From: an uncultured Gemmatimonadota bacterium
GTDB taxonomy: Bacteria > GCA-2686955
Length of the DNA stretch: 45,687 nucleotides
Direction: 5' to 3'
Assembly (NCBI GenBank): GCA_964490075.1
Contig: CAZBBK010000044.1
Span: 1-45,687, forward strand
Position numbers and translations under genes: made by a program. Of this stretch, positions 25,323 to 36,600 are shown one piece after another. Each line of letters begins with the position of its first letter. The stretch's first letter is position 1. Under the pieces are notes generated by a model. That model did not search any database, was not told the origin of the DNA, and worked only from the letters and a program-made list of their open reading frames with translations.

Positions 25323-26330
25323 TTGATCGAGCTCCCCAACGATCTGCTTCGCGCCATCGAAGACGCCCTCGCCGGCACCTCCACGCGCGCCCTCGCCCGG
25401 CGTGCGGAGCAGCTCTCGGAGCGCTACCGGAGCCGCGGCACCGGCACGGCCGGACGGATCCGCAATTCCCTCGACGCCCAGGCCTACCTGGCGCAGTGGA
25501 TGCCGGCGACCTTCGCGCAGTCGTACGGCGCGCTCGCGACCCTTCCCCCGCGACTGGGGCCGGACTGGTCCCCGCGCACCGTGCTCGACCTCGGCAGCGG
25601 ACCGGGCACCGCGCTCTGGGCCACGGCCGAGCTGTGGCCGGAAGCCGACTGGGCGACCGCCGTGGATCGGTCGCGCCCGCTGGTCGAAGTCGGCCGTGAG
25701 CTGGCCCGCGCCGCTCCCCAATCGCTGCTCCGGGGCTGTTGCTGGATCGAGGGCGACCTCTGCGAGACGATCTTCCCGAGCGCCGACCTGGTGATCCTGG
25801 CCCACTCTCTGGCCGAGCTGCCGGGAGCGGGACGCTCCGATCTGATCGAGCGGGCCTGGAGCGCCTGCGAGGGGGTCTTGACCGTGATCGAGCCGGGCAC
25901 ACCGGGAGGCTTCCAGGTGGTGGAGCGGGCGCGCACCCGCCTGCTGGAGCTTGGGGCACAGCTGCTCGCCCCCTGTCCCCACGCCACTCTCTGCCCGCTC
26001 GCCGGCGCCGATTCCTGGTGCCATTTCCCGCAGCGCGTCGAACGCCCCTGGTTTCAGCGCGAGACAAAAGGGGCCGAGCTGGGCTGGGAGGACGCCAAGT
26101 TCAGTTTCGTCTCGGTCGGCAGGCGACCGGCCCTCACGCTCCCTTTTGCGCGACTGGTCGGTGTACCGCGTCACGCCCGGGGCCGCGTCCGCCTGGATCT
26201 GTGCAGTGCGCGCGGCCTCGAGTCGCCCGCGATCACCCGCGGCGACAAGGCGGCCCTCCGGCGCGCCAAGAAGCTGCGCTGGGGGGCCGCGGTGGAGTCG
26301 GCGGCGGAGCTGGGGCTCCGCGTTCGGTGA
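25323..26330 (+). CDS. Rsm22/METTL17-like SAM-dependent methyltransferase
   Basis: LS.RYR, AYLA..MPAT, VLDLGSGPGTA, IEPGTPGGF, APCPH..LCP..WCHF.QRV.RP, EDAKFS. TTG start inferred. Confidence 0.88.
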   Translation: MIELPNDLLRAIEDALAGTSTRALARRAEQLSERYRSRGTGTAGRIRNSLDAQAYLAQWMPATFAQSYGALATLPPRLGPDWSPRTVLDLGSGPGTALWATAELWPEADWATAVDRSRPLVEVGRELARAAPQSLLRGCCWIEGDLCETIFPSADLVILAHSLAELPGAGRSDLIERAWSACEGVLTVIEPGTPGGFQVVERARTRLLELGAQLLAPCPHATLCPLAGADSWCHFPQRVERPWFQRETKGAELGWEDAKFSFVSVGRRPALTLPFARLVGVPRHARGRVRLDLCSARGLESPAITRGDKAALRRAKKLRWGAAVESAAELGLRVR

Positions 26331-26343
26331 TGAGGAGGAAACG

Positions 26344-26670
26344 CTACTCGCAGTCGATCGCGAGCAGGTCCGCCCGCTCGACATAGGCGTGACCGGAGTG
26401 GTCGCCGCTCTCCGCCCAGGTGTGGTAAGTGATTGTCGCGTCGCCGTTGTGGTGCAGGTAGTAGTTGCCTTCGATGGTCCCGGACTCGTAGTCGGCGCTC
26501 ACCCAGGTGCCGGTGAAGTCGTCGGTGGGATGGTCCCACTGCGAATCGAGGGTGAACCACGCGGCCTCCTCGCCCGCGTCCAAGAGCGCGAAGCAGCGCT
26601 CCTTGGCGAGGGCGGTGCCGGCATTCAGCACGAGAAAGGCGACGAAACCCGCAGAGATCGCTCGCAGCAT
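26344..26670 (-). CDS. small secreted hypothetical protein
   Basis: Signal peptide ending ALA; GAGG RBS; Cys near each end of the mature part. Confidence 0.7.
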   Translation of the reverse strand: MLRAISAGFVAFLVLNAGTALAKERCFALLDAGEEAAWFTLDSQWDHPTDDFTGTWVSADYESGTIEGNYYLHHNGDATITYHTWAESGDHSGHAYVERADLLAIDCE

Positions 26671-26797
26671 CGGTGGTACCTCTTAGTCAGGCGCCGGGGG
26701 GAATGCGGGGGACGGCGAGCAATGCGCCTGTTCCGCGATCGGTGCGCGGGCCGACTCGCCGCCGCCGCCCTCGGGATCGGGAAGCGGCGCCGATACT

Positions 26798-28183
26798 CTA
26801 GTTCAGGAATTGGGTGGGGGGAACGCCTCTCCTACGTGGCGGCCCCTGGTAGCTCTCGGCGCCGGAGTTCCACCGGTCGTGGTTGCGTAGCGGCCAACCC
26901 GTCCCGGGCACAGCCGCGGCGGCGGTGTCCCATACATAGACGCGGCCGGTGAAGTCGACCTCGTTGCCGAAGGTGGTCAACGCGATCTCGTTGAGGCCGT
27001 CGCCGTCGACATCGGCCACGCTGGGCGTGGTCGGGTGGCCGCGCACTCGGAAAGGCGACCCCTCGATCTGCTCCCCGCCGGCGTCGAGCACGACCAGGTA
27101 CGGCAAATCCGCAAAAACGCCGAGCACCAGCTCGCAGCCGGGCAGGCTGTCGACATCCGCCACGACCACACCGGTGACGAACGAGCCAGGACCCATCGGC
27201 GCGACGGGAAAACCGGGCAAGGGAACCGGACCGGCCGGCGTATGCTGCAGGGCCCAGACCCAGCCATCGTGGTTAGCCACGACAATATCGAGCGCGCCGT
27301 CGCGATCGATGTCGGCGAGCGCGGGGTGGGTGACGCCAGAGTCCTCGGGCGCTACGACCCCAAAAGGATATCCAGCGAACGATCGGCCGGCGCCATCGAT
27401 CAGGTGGAGCTCATGATCGCCCACCGCGACCACTTCGAGTCCCGGCTTGGTGGAATCGAAGTTGCCGAGCGACAGGGTCGTGATTGCGCCGCGATAGGGC
27501 CAACCGGGTAGAATGCCAGGAGTTCCGTAGGCGTAGACCGCGGAGTCGGCGAGCGTCGCAAAAAGGGCGTCATCCCGGCCGTCGCCATCGATATCCCCCA
27601 CCGCCCCGAAGTTGGGTCGAGCGGGAATCTCGGCTCTGAAGTTGACTCCGCTGCCGCCCCCGCGCACCGCAAGATGGAAGCTCGAATTGGTGTTGTCGAC
27701 CCATCCTGCCATGAGGTCGAAGCCGTACACCAGCGGAGAGTGCAGAAAGGAGCTGTTGCGGCTCGGCTCGAAGGGGAAGCCGGTCACCGCGCTCGCGTCG
27801 AAATGGAACGCGTCGATGCCCCCTTTGTCCGGCAGAATGCCTCGTATGGTCGACGCGAAGATCTCCTCGGAGCCATCGCCATCGATATCAAAGAGGGTGA
27901 CCGCCTTGAAGCCGTTGCCCTTGCGTCGCTGCGGCCACGGCGGACGCGCCATCCCCTCGCTGTCGAGCACGTGGATGTCGAAAAAGCCGCCGGCCTGCGA
28001 GAAGAGCACGATCTCGTTGTTTCCATCGCCGTCGATGTCGCCAACGTTGGCGAAGGCATAGAGGCCCGCTCCGAGATACTTCACGGGCCAGCCCTCGTGG
28101 AGCGTGAGCGCCGGAGCAATCGTAGTCGAGAAGGCGCAGAGCAAAATCGATGCACGCGGGAAGATGCCAGATTGAATGCACAT
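26798..28183 (-). CDS. secreted FG-GAP/VCBS repeat beta-propeller protein
   Basis: Repeated GD.DGDG..EI motifs with GWP/GFP turns, C-terminal WP...HDRWNSG. Start uncertain (28183 or 28204). Confidence 0.82.
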   Translation of the reverse strand: MCIQSGIFPRASILLCAFSTTIAPALTLHEGWPVKYLGAGLYAFANVGDIDGDGNNEIVLFSQAGGFFDIHVLDSEGMARPPWPQRRKGNGFKAVTLFDIDGDGSEEIFASTIRGILPDKGGIDAFHFDASAVTGFPFEPSRNSSFLHSPLVYGFDLMAGWVDNTNSSFHLAVRGGGSGVNFRAEIPARPNFGAVGDIDGDGRDDALFATLADSAVYAYGTPGILPGWPYRGAITTLSLGNFDSTKPGLEVVAVGDHELHLIDGAGRSFAGYPFGVVAPEDSGVTHPALADIDRDGALDIVVANHDGWVWALQHTPAGPVPLPGFPVAPMGPGSFVTGVVVADVDSLPGCELVLGVFADLPYLVVLDAGGEQIEGSPFRVRGHPTTPSVADVDGDGLNEIALTTFGNEVDFTGRVYVWDTAAAAVPGTGWPLRNHDRWNSGAESYQGPPRRRGVPPTQFLN

Positions 28184-28217
28184 GGTTCGACCATGCTTCC
28201 TCATTGCCTGCCGCGCC

Positions 28218-31151
28218 CTATCTCTTCTGAATTGCAGACCACGCCCCGTTCCCCGGCCCCCCATAGGCCCCCATGTCGGAGCGCGGTCCGTTGGGATACC
28301 GATCCGGCCAGCGCGGGTGCCAGTCGGCGATTCCGTCCTCGATCGTTGGATCGCCGCTGTCGATGCAGGGGGAGCCGGGGTGCAGCAGGTAGTCGAAGGC
28401 GCCAAAGGAACGGAAGCCGGGGGGCGCGTCGATGTTGCCTGGTCCGGGCCAGCCGCCTTGGATGTTGGAGTAGGTGAGGGTTGAAGATCCGCTTTCAACT
28501 ACGATTTCCCGAGGGCCGTCGGCCCACAGAATGCAGTTTCTGAGTCTGGGGGACGAAGACGAAGCGTAGCAATGCAGTCCGCCTCCGCCCTCCGACGCCG
28601 AATTGGCCGTGATAGTACAGTTGCTGAGCCTCGGGGAAGCGGAGTCGCAATAGAGGGCGCCGCCCGCCCCCCATGCCGAGTTCCCTGTCACAATGCAGTT
28701 GGCAAGAGTGGGTTCGGCGCGGTAGCAGCGCAGCCCGCCGCCGGAGGAGGCAGTGTTTCCGGCGATGATGCAGTTGGCGAAGATCGGGGACGAGTCGGAG
28801 TGAGTGTGGATCCCGCCGCCCTTGTCCGAGGCCGAGTTGGCCACGATGGCGCAGGCATCGAAGGTCGGAGTGGAGCGGGAGCAGAAGATCCCGCCACCGT
28901 CGTCGAGAGCCGAGTTGGCCAGGAAGCTGCAACGGGTGATTGTCGGGGCATGGCCGACGCAATAGACTCCACCGCCGTCCTCCGCCGCGGAGTTCTCCGT
29001 GATCGTGCAGCTGACCAGAATGGGAGAGGAGTAGTCATCGCAGAAGAGCCCGCCGCCGCTCGAAGACGACGAATTCCGCACCACGCTGCATTCCCTGAGC
29101 ACCGCGTCGGAGTAGGAGCAGGAAACTCCGGCGCCGTCCTTGGCGGAAGAGTTCTCCCGAACCATGCAGTTGGTGATCGATGGAGACGCCGTCTCACAGA
29201 CGATTCCCCTTCCCCCGCCGGTGACAGTCAATCCAATCAATTAGGCGCTTCGAGTCAAACGACTGGGCAGAAAACGGATCACATCGGCTCCTCCACCGTC
29301 GATCACCACAGTGGCCACAGGCGCCGGATCGGGGGAGCGGCGGCTCATGAGCACGATGCCCCGATCCGGGATCGCGAGACCTCCCTCGAGGTAGGTGCCG
29401 GGCGCAACGATGATCGTGTCGCGATCGCAAGTGGCATCGAGCGCCCCGGCAATGGTCGAATAGTCGGCCGGGATCTCCATGACGCGAGGGCCGGGAGAGC
29501 CCACGGGCTCCGTGCATGTCTCGCCCAGGGCCCCCATATCGACTCCCGCCTGCCCCGATCCGAGACAGGGCGAGTCGGTCGCGAGCCCCAGGTCGTCGAA
29601 GGCCCCGCACACCGCGTCGCAGAAGAGCGGATCGGCGTCGATGTTGCCCATCCCCGGCCAAGATCCCTCCACATCGGAGAAGGTCACGATCGCCGATCCG
29701 GTGTCGAGGAAGATCTCCTGGGGAACGTCACCCCAGAGAATGGAGCTGGTGAAGACCGGAGAAGACCCGTTGCTGACGACACCCCCACCGATTCCGGCCG
29801 AGTTGTCCACGATGCTGCAGTTGACGAGCTCCGGGGCCTCGGAGTTGTAGAAGTAGAGCCCGCCGCCGCTGTGGGAGGCCGAGTTGCGTCTGATGATGCA
29901 CTCGGTGAGCATCGGAGCTCCGTAGCTGGAGTACAGCCCAGCGCCCGAACCCGCCAGGTTGTCTCTCAGCACGCAGTGGTCGAGGGTTGCATCGGCGTAC
30001 CAGACATACACTCCGCCGCCGCGGAGCGTGGCCGTGTTTCGCTCCATTGTGCAGTCCACCACGACAGGAGAGGAGAGCGAACAGTACATGCCGGCGCCCT
30101 GGAAGGCCGAGTTCTCCGAAATCGTGCAGGCGGTGAGCGACGATGCGTCGGACTCATGGAAGAGGAGGCCGCCGCCCTCGCTGGTCACACGGTTCGTTGA
30201 GATTGTGCATCCGGACAATGTTGCGACAGCGCCATCGCAGTACACCCCTCCTCCGTCCGTCGCCCGGTTCCACTTGATGAGACAGCCTTCGAGCGTGACC
30301 TCCGATTCCGTTGCGAAGAGCCCACCTCCCTCGAAGTCGCAGAAATTCTGCACCACCGAGCAGTCGTTGAGGTTTAGAGACGAGGAGCCGCCGCAGTAGA
30401 TTCCACCGCCGCCGTACTCGGTCCGGTTCCCATCGATCGAGCAGTCCGCGAGCGTCAGGGACGATGAGCCGTCACAGTAGATTCCTCCACCATGGTACCT
30501 GGCAGAGTTGCCAACGATCGAGCAATTGGCGACTGTCGGGGATGAGGAGTTGCTGCACCAGATCCCGCCACCCTCATCTGCCACGGAGTTCCCCTCGATC
30601 AGACAATTCGCCACGGTCGGGGAGGATTCGTCACAGTAGATCCCGCCTCCTCGCCCGGGCCAGAGGTCCGCGGAGTTCGCCAGGATCGCGCAGTCCGTCA
30701 CTGTGGGCGCCGAACGGAGGCAGCGTATGCCGGCGCCAAAGCCGCCCCCGGCATCGTTGGCCCTGAAATCGCATCGTCGAATGCTCGGGCTGGCATCGCT
30801 GCAGACAAGGGCGCTACCGCCGCCGCGAATCTCGAACCCCTCGAGCACCGCCGCGGATGTCTCTCCGCCATGGAATGACACCCCGAAGGCGGTTCCCTCG
30901 CATTCGATCACGGTCGAGTCCGCCCCCTCCTCGGAAAGCAGCACCATGTCGAACCCGGGAAACACGATCTCTCGGTTTCCCGCGCCGGTGTAGGTGCCGC
31001 TGGCGACCAGCACGGTATCGTTCTCCTGCGCCGCCAACAGAGCGCCCTGGATGGTGGGATAGTCCCTGGGCACGCGGATGGTGGCGGCGTGGGCGCAGAA
31101 GGCGCTCAGCGCCAGGACCAGAGTGCCCGCGGCGAATCTCCTCGATGTCAT
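28218..31151 (-). pseudogene. secreted right-handed parallel beta-helix (Pmp/GGAI-repeat-like) protein interrupted by one in-frame TAA at 29241-29243
   Basis: ORFs 29241-31151 and 28218-29240 abut in the same frame (..ACT CGA AGC GCC TAA TTG ATT GGA..). Both carry 'C.I..NSA..GGG.YC..SSP' repeats, and the stop falls inside the second copy of a duplicated module. Confidence 0.8.
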
Positions 31152-31393
31152 GGCTTCCTCCCGGCTGGCGAATGGTATTGATGATAGCCCCGACCCCCGG
31201 CGTTGGGGGGAGTTTCTCGCGCTCCCCAGCGCCCTCCCCGCGATCCCGCGCTCCCCACCGAGACCCGGCGCCGGCCAAGCGCACCGCCGCCCCCTATCCT
31301 TCGGTCACTCTATGCCTCCAGTGAGCAGCGCTGCGCCTGGCCACCGCGACCCCCGCCGGATACGAAGCCGGAAGTGGCGGATGGCCCGCTTCT

Positions 31394-31430
31394 CCCACCC
31401 CCATCCCCAATCCCAATCCCGGTCCCCGAA
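31394..31430 (-). repeat. G-rich short repeats immediately after the rlmKL stop, potential G-quadruplex
   Basis: Minus strand GGGGACC GGGATT GGGATT GGGGAT GGGGGT GGG. Confidence 0.55.
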
Positions 31431-33656
31431 TCAGCCCTTGCGGCGCACCATCCAGCCCTGGTGGATCTTGGGATTGCGCTGGAAATCGCGCGGCAGGAGA
31501 TCGCCGCCGAAGGGTTCGAAGGCCAGCGCTTCGAGGCGCTCGCTCTCCAGGCGGAAGCGACGATTGTGGGTGGTGAAGACGAGCAGGCCCTCGGGGGCGA
31601 GCAGGCGGGCGACGCGCTCCAGGAGCCAGGGGTGGTCGCGCTGGATGTCGAAGGGGCAGCGCATCGCCTTGGAGTTGGAGAAGGTGGGGGGATCGACCAG
31701 GATCAGGTCGTAGCGACGCGGGTGGAGGTCGACCGCGCGCTGCTCGATCCACTCCAGACAGTCGGCGCGGACCAGCTCGTGCTGGCGTCGTGGAACCTGG
31801 TTGAGACTGAGATTGCGGCGCGCCCAATCCAGATATGTTGCCGACAGATCGACGCTGGTGCTGCGGCTGGCTCCGCCGAGGGCGGCGTGGATGGTTGCCG
31901 AGGCGGTGTAGGCGAAGAGGTTGAGGAACTCTGTTCCTCGAGCCAACTCGCGGAGCTTGGCGCGCAGCGGCCGGTGGTCGAGGAAGAGCCCGGTGTCGAG
32001 ATGGTCGTGCAGGTTGACCCAGAGCCGCGCCGGGCCTTCGGCGACCACGATGAAGCGCTTCGACGAGGCGAGCTTCTGATACTGGTCGCGACCGCGGGTG
32101 CGGCGACGTACTTTGAACACCACCCGCTCGGACGCCACGTCGGCCAAATCGGGTAGCAGCGCCAGGGCGGTGGTGCGCCGGGCCAGGGCCTTGGCGGGAT
32201 CGACGTCGGCCGGGGGGGCGTACTCCTGCACGTGCAGCCAGCGCTGGTCGCCGGCGTAGAGGTCGATCGCCAGGGCGAAGTCGGGCAGGTCGGCGTCGTA
32301 GATGCGGTAGCAAGAGACATCGTTTTTGCGGGTCCACTTGGCGAGCAGCCGCAGGTTTTTGCGCACTCGGTTGGCGAACTCGGCGCCCAGTTGGCGCTGG
32401 GCGTCGCTGGCGGCCGGAGGACGGCAGGCGCGCTCGGGTGCGACGCCTCGAGCATCGGTGGTGGCGGGCGCCGCCTGGTCGGCCGCCTCGGCGACGCGGA
32501 AGAGCGCCAGCTCGCAGGGCAGCGCGCCGTTGAACAGGCGGTGGCTGCGGTGCGGGCGCAACCCGATGCGAAGGCGCGGGTTGCCGGTGAAGAGGGCGGC
32601 CTCCCAGCCGCCGAAGTGGGCGCGCAGGGTGGCGCCGATGGTCTGGTAGAGCGGCACCAGGGCGTGCTCCTCCCCCATCCGCTCGCCATAGGGAGGGTTC
32701 ATGACCACCAGTCCGGGAGGGCTGTCCCGGAGCGGCGGGGCCTGGCCGAGGGCGGCGGGCTCGAAAGCAATGCGGCCTTCGAGGCCGGCGCGGCGGGCGT
32801 TGGCGCGCGCCGCCTGGAGGGCGCGGGGGTCGTTGTCGAAGCCGGTGATCGGCGGCAACGCGGGCAACGCACTCGTGGCGATGCGGTCGGCCTCGGCGCA
32901 CAGGTGGCGCCACAATTTGGCGTCGTGTTGGCGCCAGCCAAGAAAGCCGAAGTAGGGGCGGCGACGGCCGGGGGCGATACGCGCGGCGATCAGGGCGGCT
33001 TCGATCGGCAGAGTGCCGGAGCCGCACAGGGGATCGACCAGGGGACCGCCGCGAGCGGCGATCTCGGGCCAGCCGGCGCGCATCAGGATGGCGGCGGCCA
33101 GGGTCTCCTTGAGGGCAGCGGTCACCGACTGCACCCGGTAGCCACGCTTGTGCAGACTGTCGCCGGAGAGGTCGACCGAAACTGTGGCGCGGTCCTTGTG
33201 GAGGCGGACGTTGACTCGCAGCGTGGGGCGGGCCAGGTCGATCGAAGGGCGTTCACCGAAAGTGTCGCGAAAGCGGTCGACGATGGCGTCCTTGACTTTG
33301 AGGGCGCCAAAGTGGGTGTGGGTGATGCGCGACCGGCTGGACGTGAAGTCGACCGCCAGGGTGTCGGCGGGGGCCAGGTGGTCTTCCCAGGGCAGGGCGC
33401 GCACGCCTTCGTAGAGCTGCTCGGCGGAGGGCGCGGGGAAGCGGGTCAGGGGCAGCAGCACGCGGTTGGCGACGCGCGACCAGAGGCAGGCGCGGTAGGC
33501 CAGGGGCAGGTCACCCTCGAAGCCGACGCCGGCGGTCACCGCGAGCGGCTTGCGCGCTCCGAGCTCGCGCAGCTCGCGCTCCAGCAGCGGCTCCATGCCG
33601 AGGGCGGTGGTGGCGAAGAGTCTCATGGGCTGGTTCGGTGGGGTGAGAGGGATCAT
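31431..33656 (-). CDS. rlmKL: bifunctional 23S rRNA m2G2445/m7G2069 methyltransferase RlmKL
   Basis: AYRACLWSRVANRVL, THUMP, SLHKRGYR, LKETLAAA, DPLCGSGT, NPPYGER; second MTase DTGLFLDHR, LNLFAYT, DPPTFSNSK. Start 33656 (ATGA overlap) or 33626. Confidence 0.96.
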   Translation of the reverse strand: MIPLTPPNQPMRLFATTALGMEPLLERELRELGARKPLAVTAGVGFEGDLPLAYRACLWSRVANRVLLPLTRFPAPSAEQLYEGVRALPWEDHLAPADTLAVDFTSSRSRITHTHFGALKVKDAIVDRFRDTFGERPSIDLARPTLRVNVRLHKDRATVSVDLSGDSLHKRGYRVQSVTAALKETLAAAILMRAGWPEIAARGGPLVDPLCGSGTLPIEAALIAARIAPGRRRPYFGFLGWRQHDAKLWRHLCAEADRIATSALPALPPITGFDNDPRALQAARANARRAGLEGRIAFEPAALGQAPPLRDSPPGLVVMNPPYGERMGEEHALVPLYQTIGATLRAHFGGWEAALFTGNPRLRIGLRPHRSHRLFNGALPCELALFRVAEAADQAAPATTDARGVAPERACRPPAASDAQRQLGAEFANRVRKNLRLLAKWTRKNDVSCYRIYDADLPDFALAIDLYAGDQRWLHVQEYAPPADVDPAKALARRTTALALLPDLADVASERVVFKVRRRTRGRDQYQKLASSKRFIVVAEGPARLWVNLHDHLDTGLFLDHRPLRAKLRELARGTEFLNLFAYTASATIHAALGGASRSTSVDLSATYLDWARRNLSLNQVPRRQHELVRADCLEWIEQRAVDLHPRRYDLILVDPPTFSNSKAMRCPFDIQRDHPWLLERVARLLAPEGLLVFTTHNRRFRLESERLEALAFEPFGGDLLPRDFQRNPKIHQGWMVRRKG

Positions 33657-36600
33657 GAAGATCGGCGCAACCGGCGCCACAGGCCGCCCTCCTGGAAGGC
33701 GTCCCAGCCCCAGCGCAGCCAGGAGACCAATGCCGACGCGAGCCACAGCGCCCAGGCCAACATCAACACCCGGTAGAGCCAGATCGGCACCGACACGATC
33801 GACAGGGTGGGCAGCGCGGGATCGGCCCGGTCGATGAACCAGCGCAGGGTGGATCCGGCCGACCCGTTTCCCGTGATCTGCATATCGGGCCGACCGAGTA
33901 GGCCCTGGCGCACCGATTCGAAGAGACCGACGAGCGCCACCAGAGTCAGGATCGCGATGGCGACCTGGCGTAGATCGAAGCGCGCGGGAGAGAGGTCGGG
34001 GGTGCGTTTGCGCCAACCCAGGACCAGCAGCCAGGCCGGCACGAGCATCGCGATCACGAGCTCGGCCTGCGTCATGCCAACTCCCAGCAGCGCCCAGTGG
34101 CGGATTCCGAGCGGGGTCCACGGAATCCTCCCCAACACTGTCGCCACCAGGATCGCGACCACCAGGAAGCTCCAGAAGAGCACGGCCGGCCCGGCCTGCC
34201 GCCGGCTCGCGAAGAGGATCCAGCGGCTCGAAGGAAACTCCACCTCGACCTCCGCGTTGACGCTCTCGGTGCCCACGTCGACCGAAGGAGTCGTGTAGCG
34301 TGTTCCGATCTCGCCCGGCGCCCTCCAATCGATCGCGACCTGTTGCGCCCCCGGCTTGAGCGGGATCGAGAGGATCTGTCCCTGCTGCCGAATCGGCTGC
34401 TCGGCGCCGCCCACTTCGACCTGCTGTGCGCGAGCACCCTCCGGCAGAGAAATTTCTTGCACCCCGCCCCGACTGGTGCGCAAGGTCAGATCGAGGGTGG
34501 CATCACTCGCGCGGCTCCCCGGGCGCACGACCAGCTTGCTGCGATCGATCGTCGTGCTGCGGCCGGGAACCGCTTCCGGTCGCGCGACCCGGATATCGAG
34601 CGCCTCTCCAGGCCAGGGTCGCCACTCGCGCGCCACATCCTCGCGCGGACCGAGGATCGGCGGGATGCCCCCGAGCTCCACATGCCAGAGCGGGCTGGAG
34701 TCGATCCGCCAGATCTCGGTCCACTCGGTCGATTCGGACGCCCGCAAGGCGAGCACACTCTGTCGATCGAGGAGCGACGACCAGGCGCGGCTGCTCTGGT
34801 TCGCGCCCAGGTTGACCTGCACCCGTCCCCCTTCGACGCGATGCCCCTCGCTGGTGACCGATTCGCCGGCCAGCAAGGGAACCGACAGCATGATGGCCGA
34901 CCCCTTCGGTGTCACCCGGCTCACCCGTGTCTCGACCTGCCACTCGAGCCCCAACGAGATCGATCGCTCGATGCGGACGAAGGGGGGCAAGGACTCCGCG
35001 CCGAGGTCGACCGTCTCCCCTTCGCCGCGGCCGCGGATCCTGGTGAGCTGCAGATCGCCGCCGGCCAGGCCGTCGTCGTGCACTCCCTCTACATTCCACC
35101 CGCGCGCATCCACTTCGACCCGAGCGGGGCGCATGGGAAGCGGGATTTGCACCACGTCGATGGCCTCCAGCGGCCCCTCGAGAATGACCTGATGGCGCCC
35201 CCGAGCGAGCGCCAACAGGAGCCTGCCATCCGCTGCTCGCGCCATCGACTCCGCCCCGACCCCATCCACCAACACTCGGGTCGGCGTCCAGCTCTTGGGG
35301 TCACCAGGAAGCGGAATGGCCGTGGGAATCTGTGTATGCGCCTCGAGGCGCAAGGTCAGCACGGCGGGGTCGGCCTGGAGGCGCATGCGCCCGATCGAGG
35401 CACAGGTCGGCGCACAATCGGGCGGTGCCAACAATCGGCGGCGAAGGTCCTCGAGCAGCTCGGGATCCGGCGATCGTTCGTGGTAAGAGGACAGGCTGGA
35501 AGCAGCGTCGCGCCCGGTCTCGGATGCTGACGCCGCGCCGGGTACGACCAGAAGCGCGAGGAAAAGTGTGGCGACCACGGTCTCGCGGCCCACTGGGCGC
35601 CTTGCTCCTCGTCTGGTTCGAATGCCGAGAGTCAGGAGCACCAGAGCGGCCGTCAACAGAATGCGCAGGACCGAGAGCACCAGGTTCGTGCCCGGCCCCA
35701 GCAGAGTGAGGTCCACGACATGGTCCTGGGCAACCGGACCGTTCCACCGAAGCGATATTCTCCCCCATGACCAATGAGGGAGGCCCGGTCCGGTTTGCAC
35801 GATGGCGTCGGGATCGACGCCGATCTTCTGCTGGTAGCTGCTCTTTGGCGCGGCACGGGGTGCTCTCTGTTCGGCCGCCCCGGCGGCCGGCATATCGAAT
35901 TCGGATTCGGCGGCGAGCTCGGCCAGCTCGAAGGGGGCCGATCTCAGGGAGGTGATCGAAGGGGGCGGCGGACCGCCTCGAGCCGGACTGGAGCGCTCCA
36001 GCGCCGGGTACATGCCGTGCAAACTCTGTTGCACCGCGAACAGCAGCGCGAGACCGACCAGGACAGCGAGTCCCGAGATCCGGGCGCCGCGCACGACTTT
36101 GGCGAACCACCCATCCGGCAGCAAGCGCACCAGAGCTTCGGCCACCAGGACATAGGCCCAGATCCAACGCGGCGCCTGGGGCTCCGGGAGTGTCAGGGCG
36201 AGGGTGATCAGCGCCAGCGCCCCGGCGGGGTAACCCCAGAGCTGCGTCACCGCCGCGGCCAGAATCAGCATCAGGAATAGATCGAGGAGAGTCCACTGAT
36301 TCACCCAAGTGTCTTCGACCTCGTCGACTCCCCGCGCGTGCATCAGGCGCCACCCCGGCGGCAGATGTAATGTCGCGTCGACCGACCGGAAATCGTGGGC
36401 CCAGCCGACCGCCGGGAAGTGGGAGGCCGAGCCCTGGTAGCGGCTCTCCGCGACGATGTCGATCGAAGGGCTGCGGAGCTCGACGCCCGAAACTCCTTCC
36501 TCTTCTCCTTCCAGTCGGGTGATGAGCTGATCGTGTCCCCCGGACGCGACCCGGCCCAGCGCCGTGGGCGGGGACATGGCCAGTCGCCACCCGGCATTCA

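Noticed and set aside
28218-31151. Diversity-generating retroelement, or stop-codon recoding in the beta-helix gene
   Set aside because: No reverse transcriptase or adenine-specific template/variable repeat pair; the stop is TAA (not TGA/TAG) and TAA also terminates comM normally.
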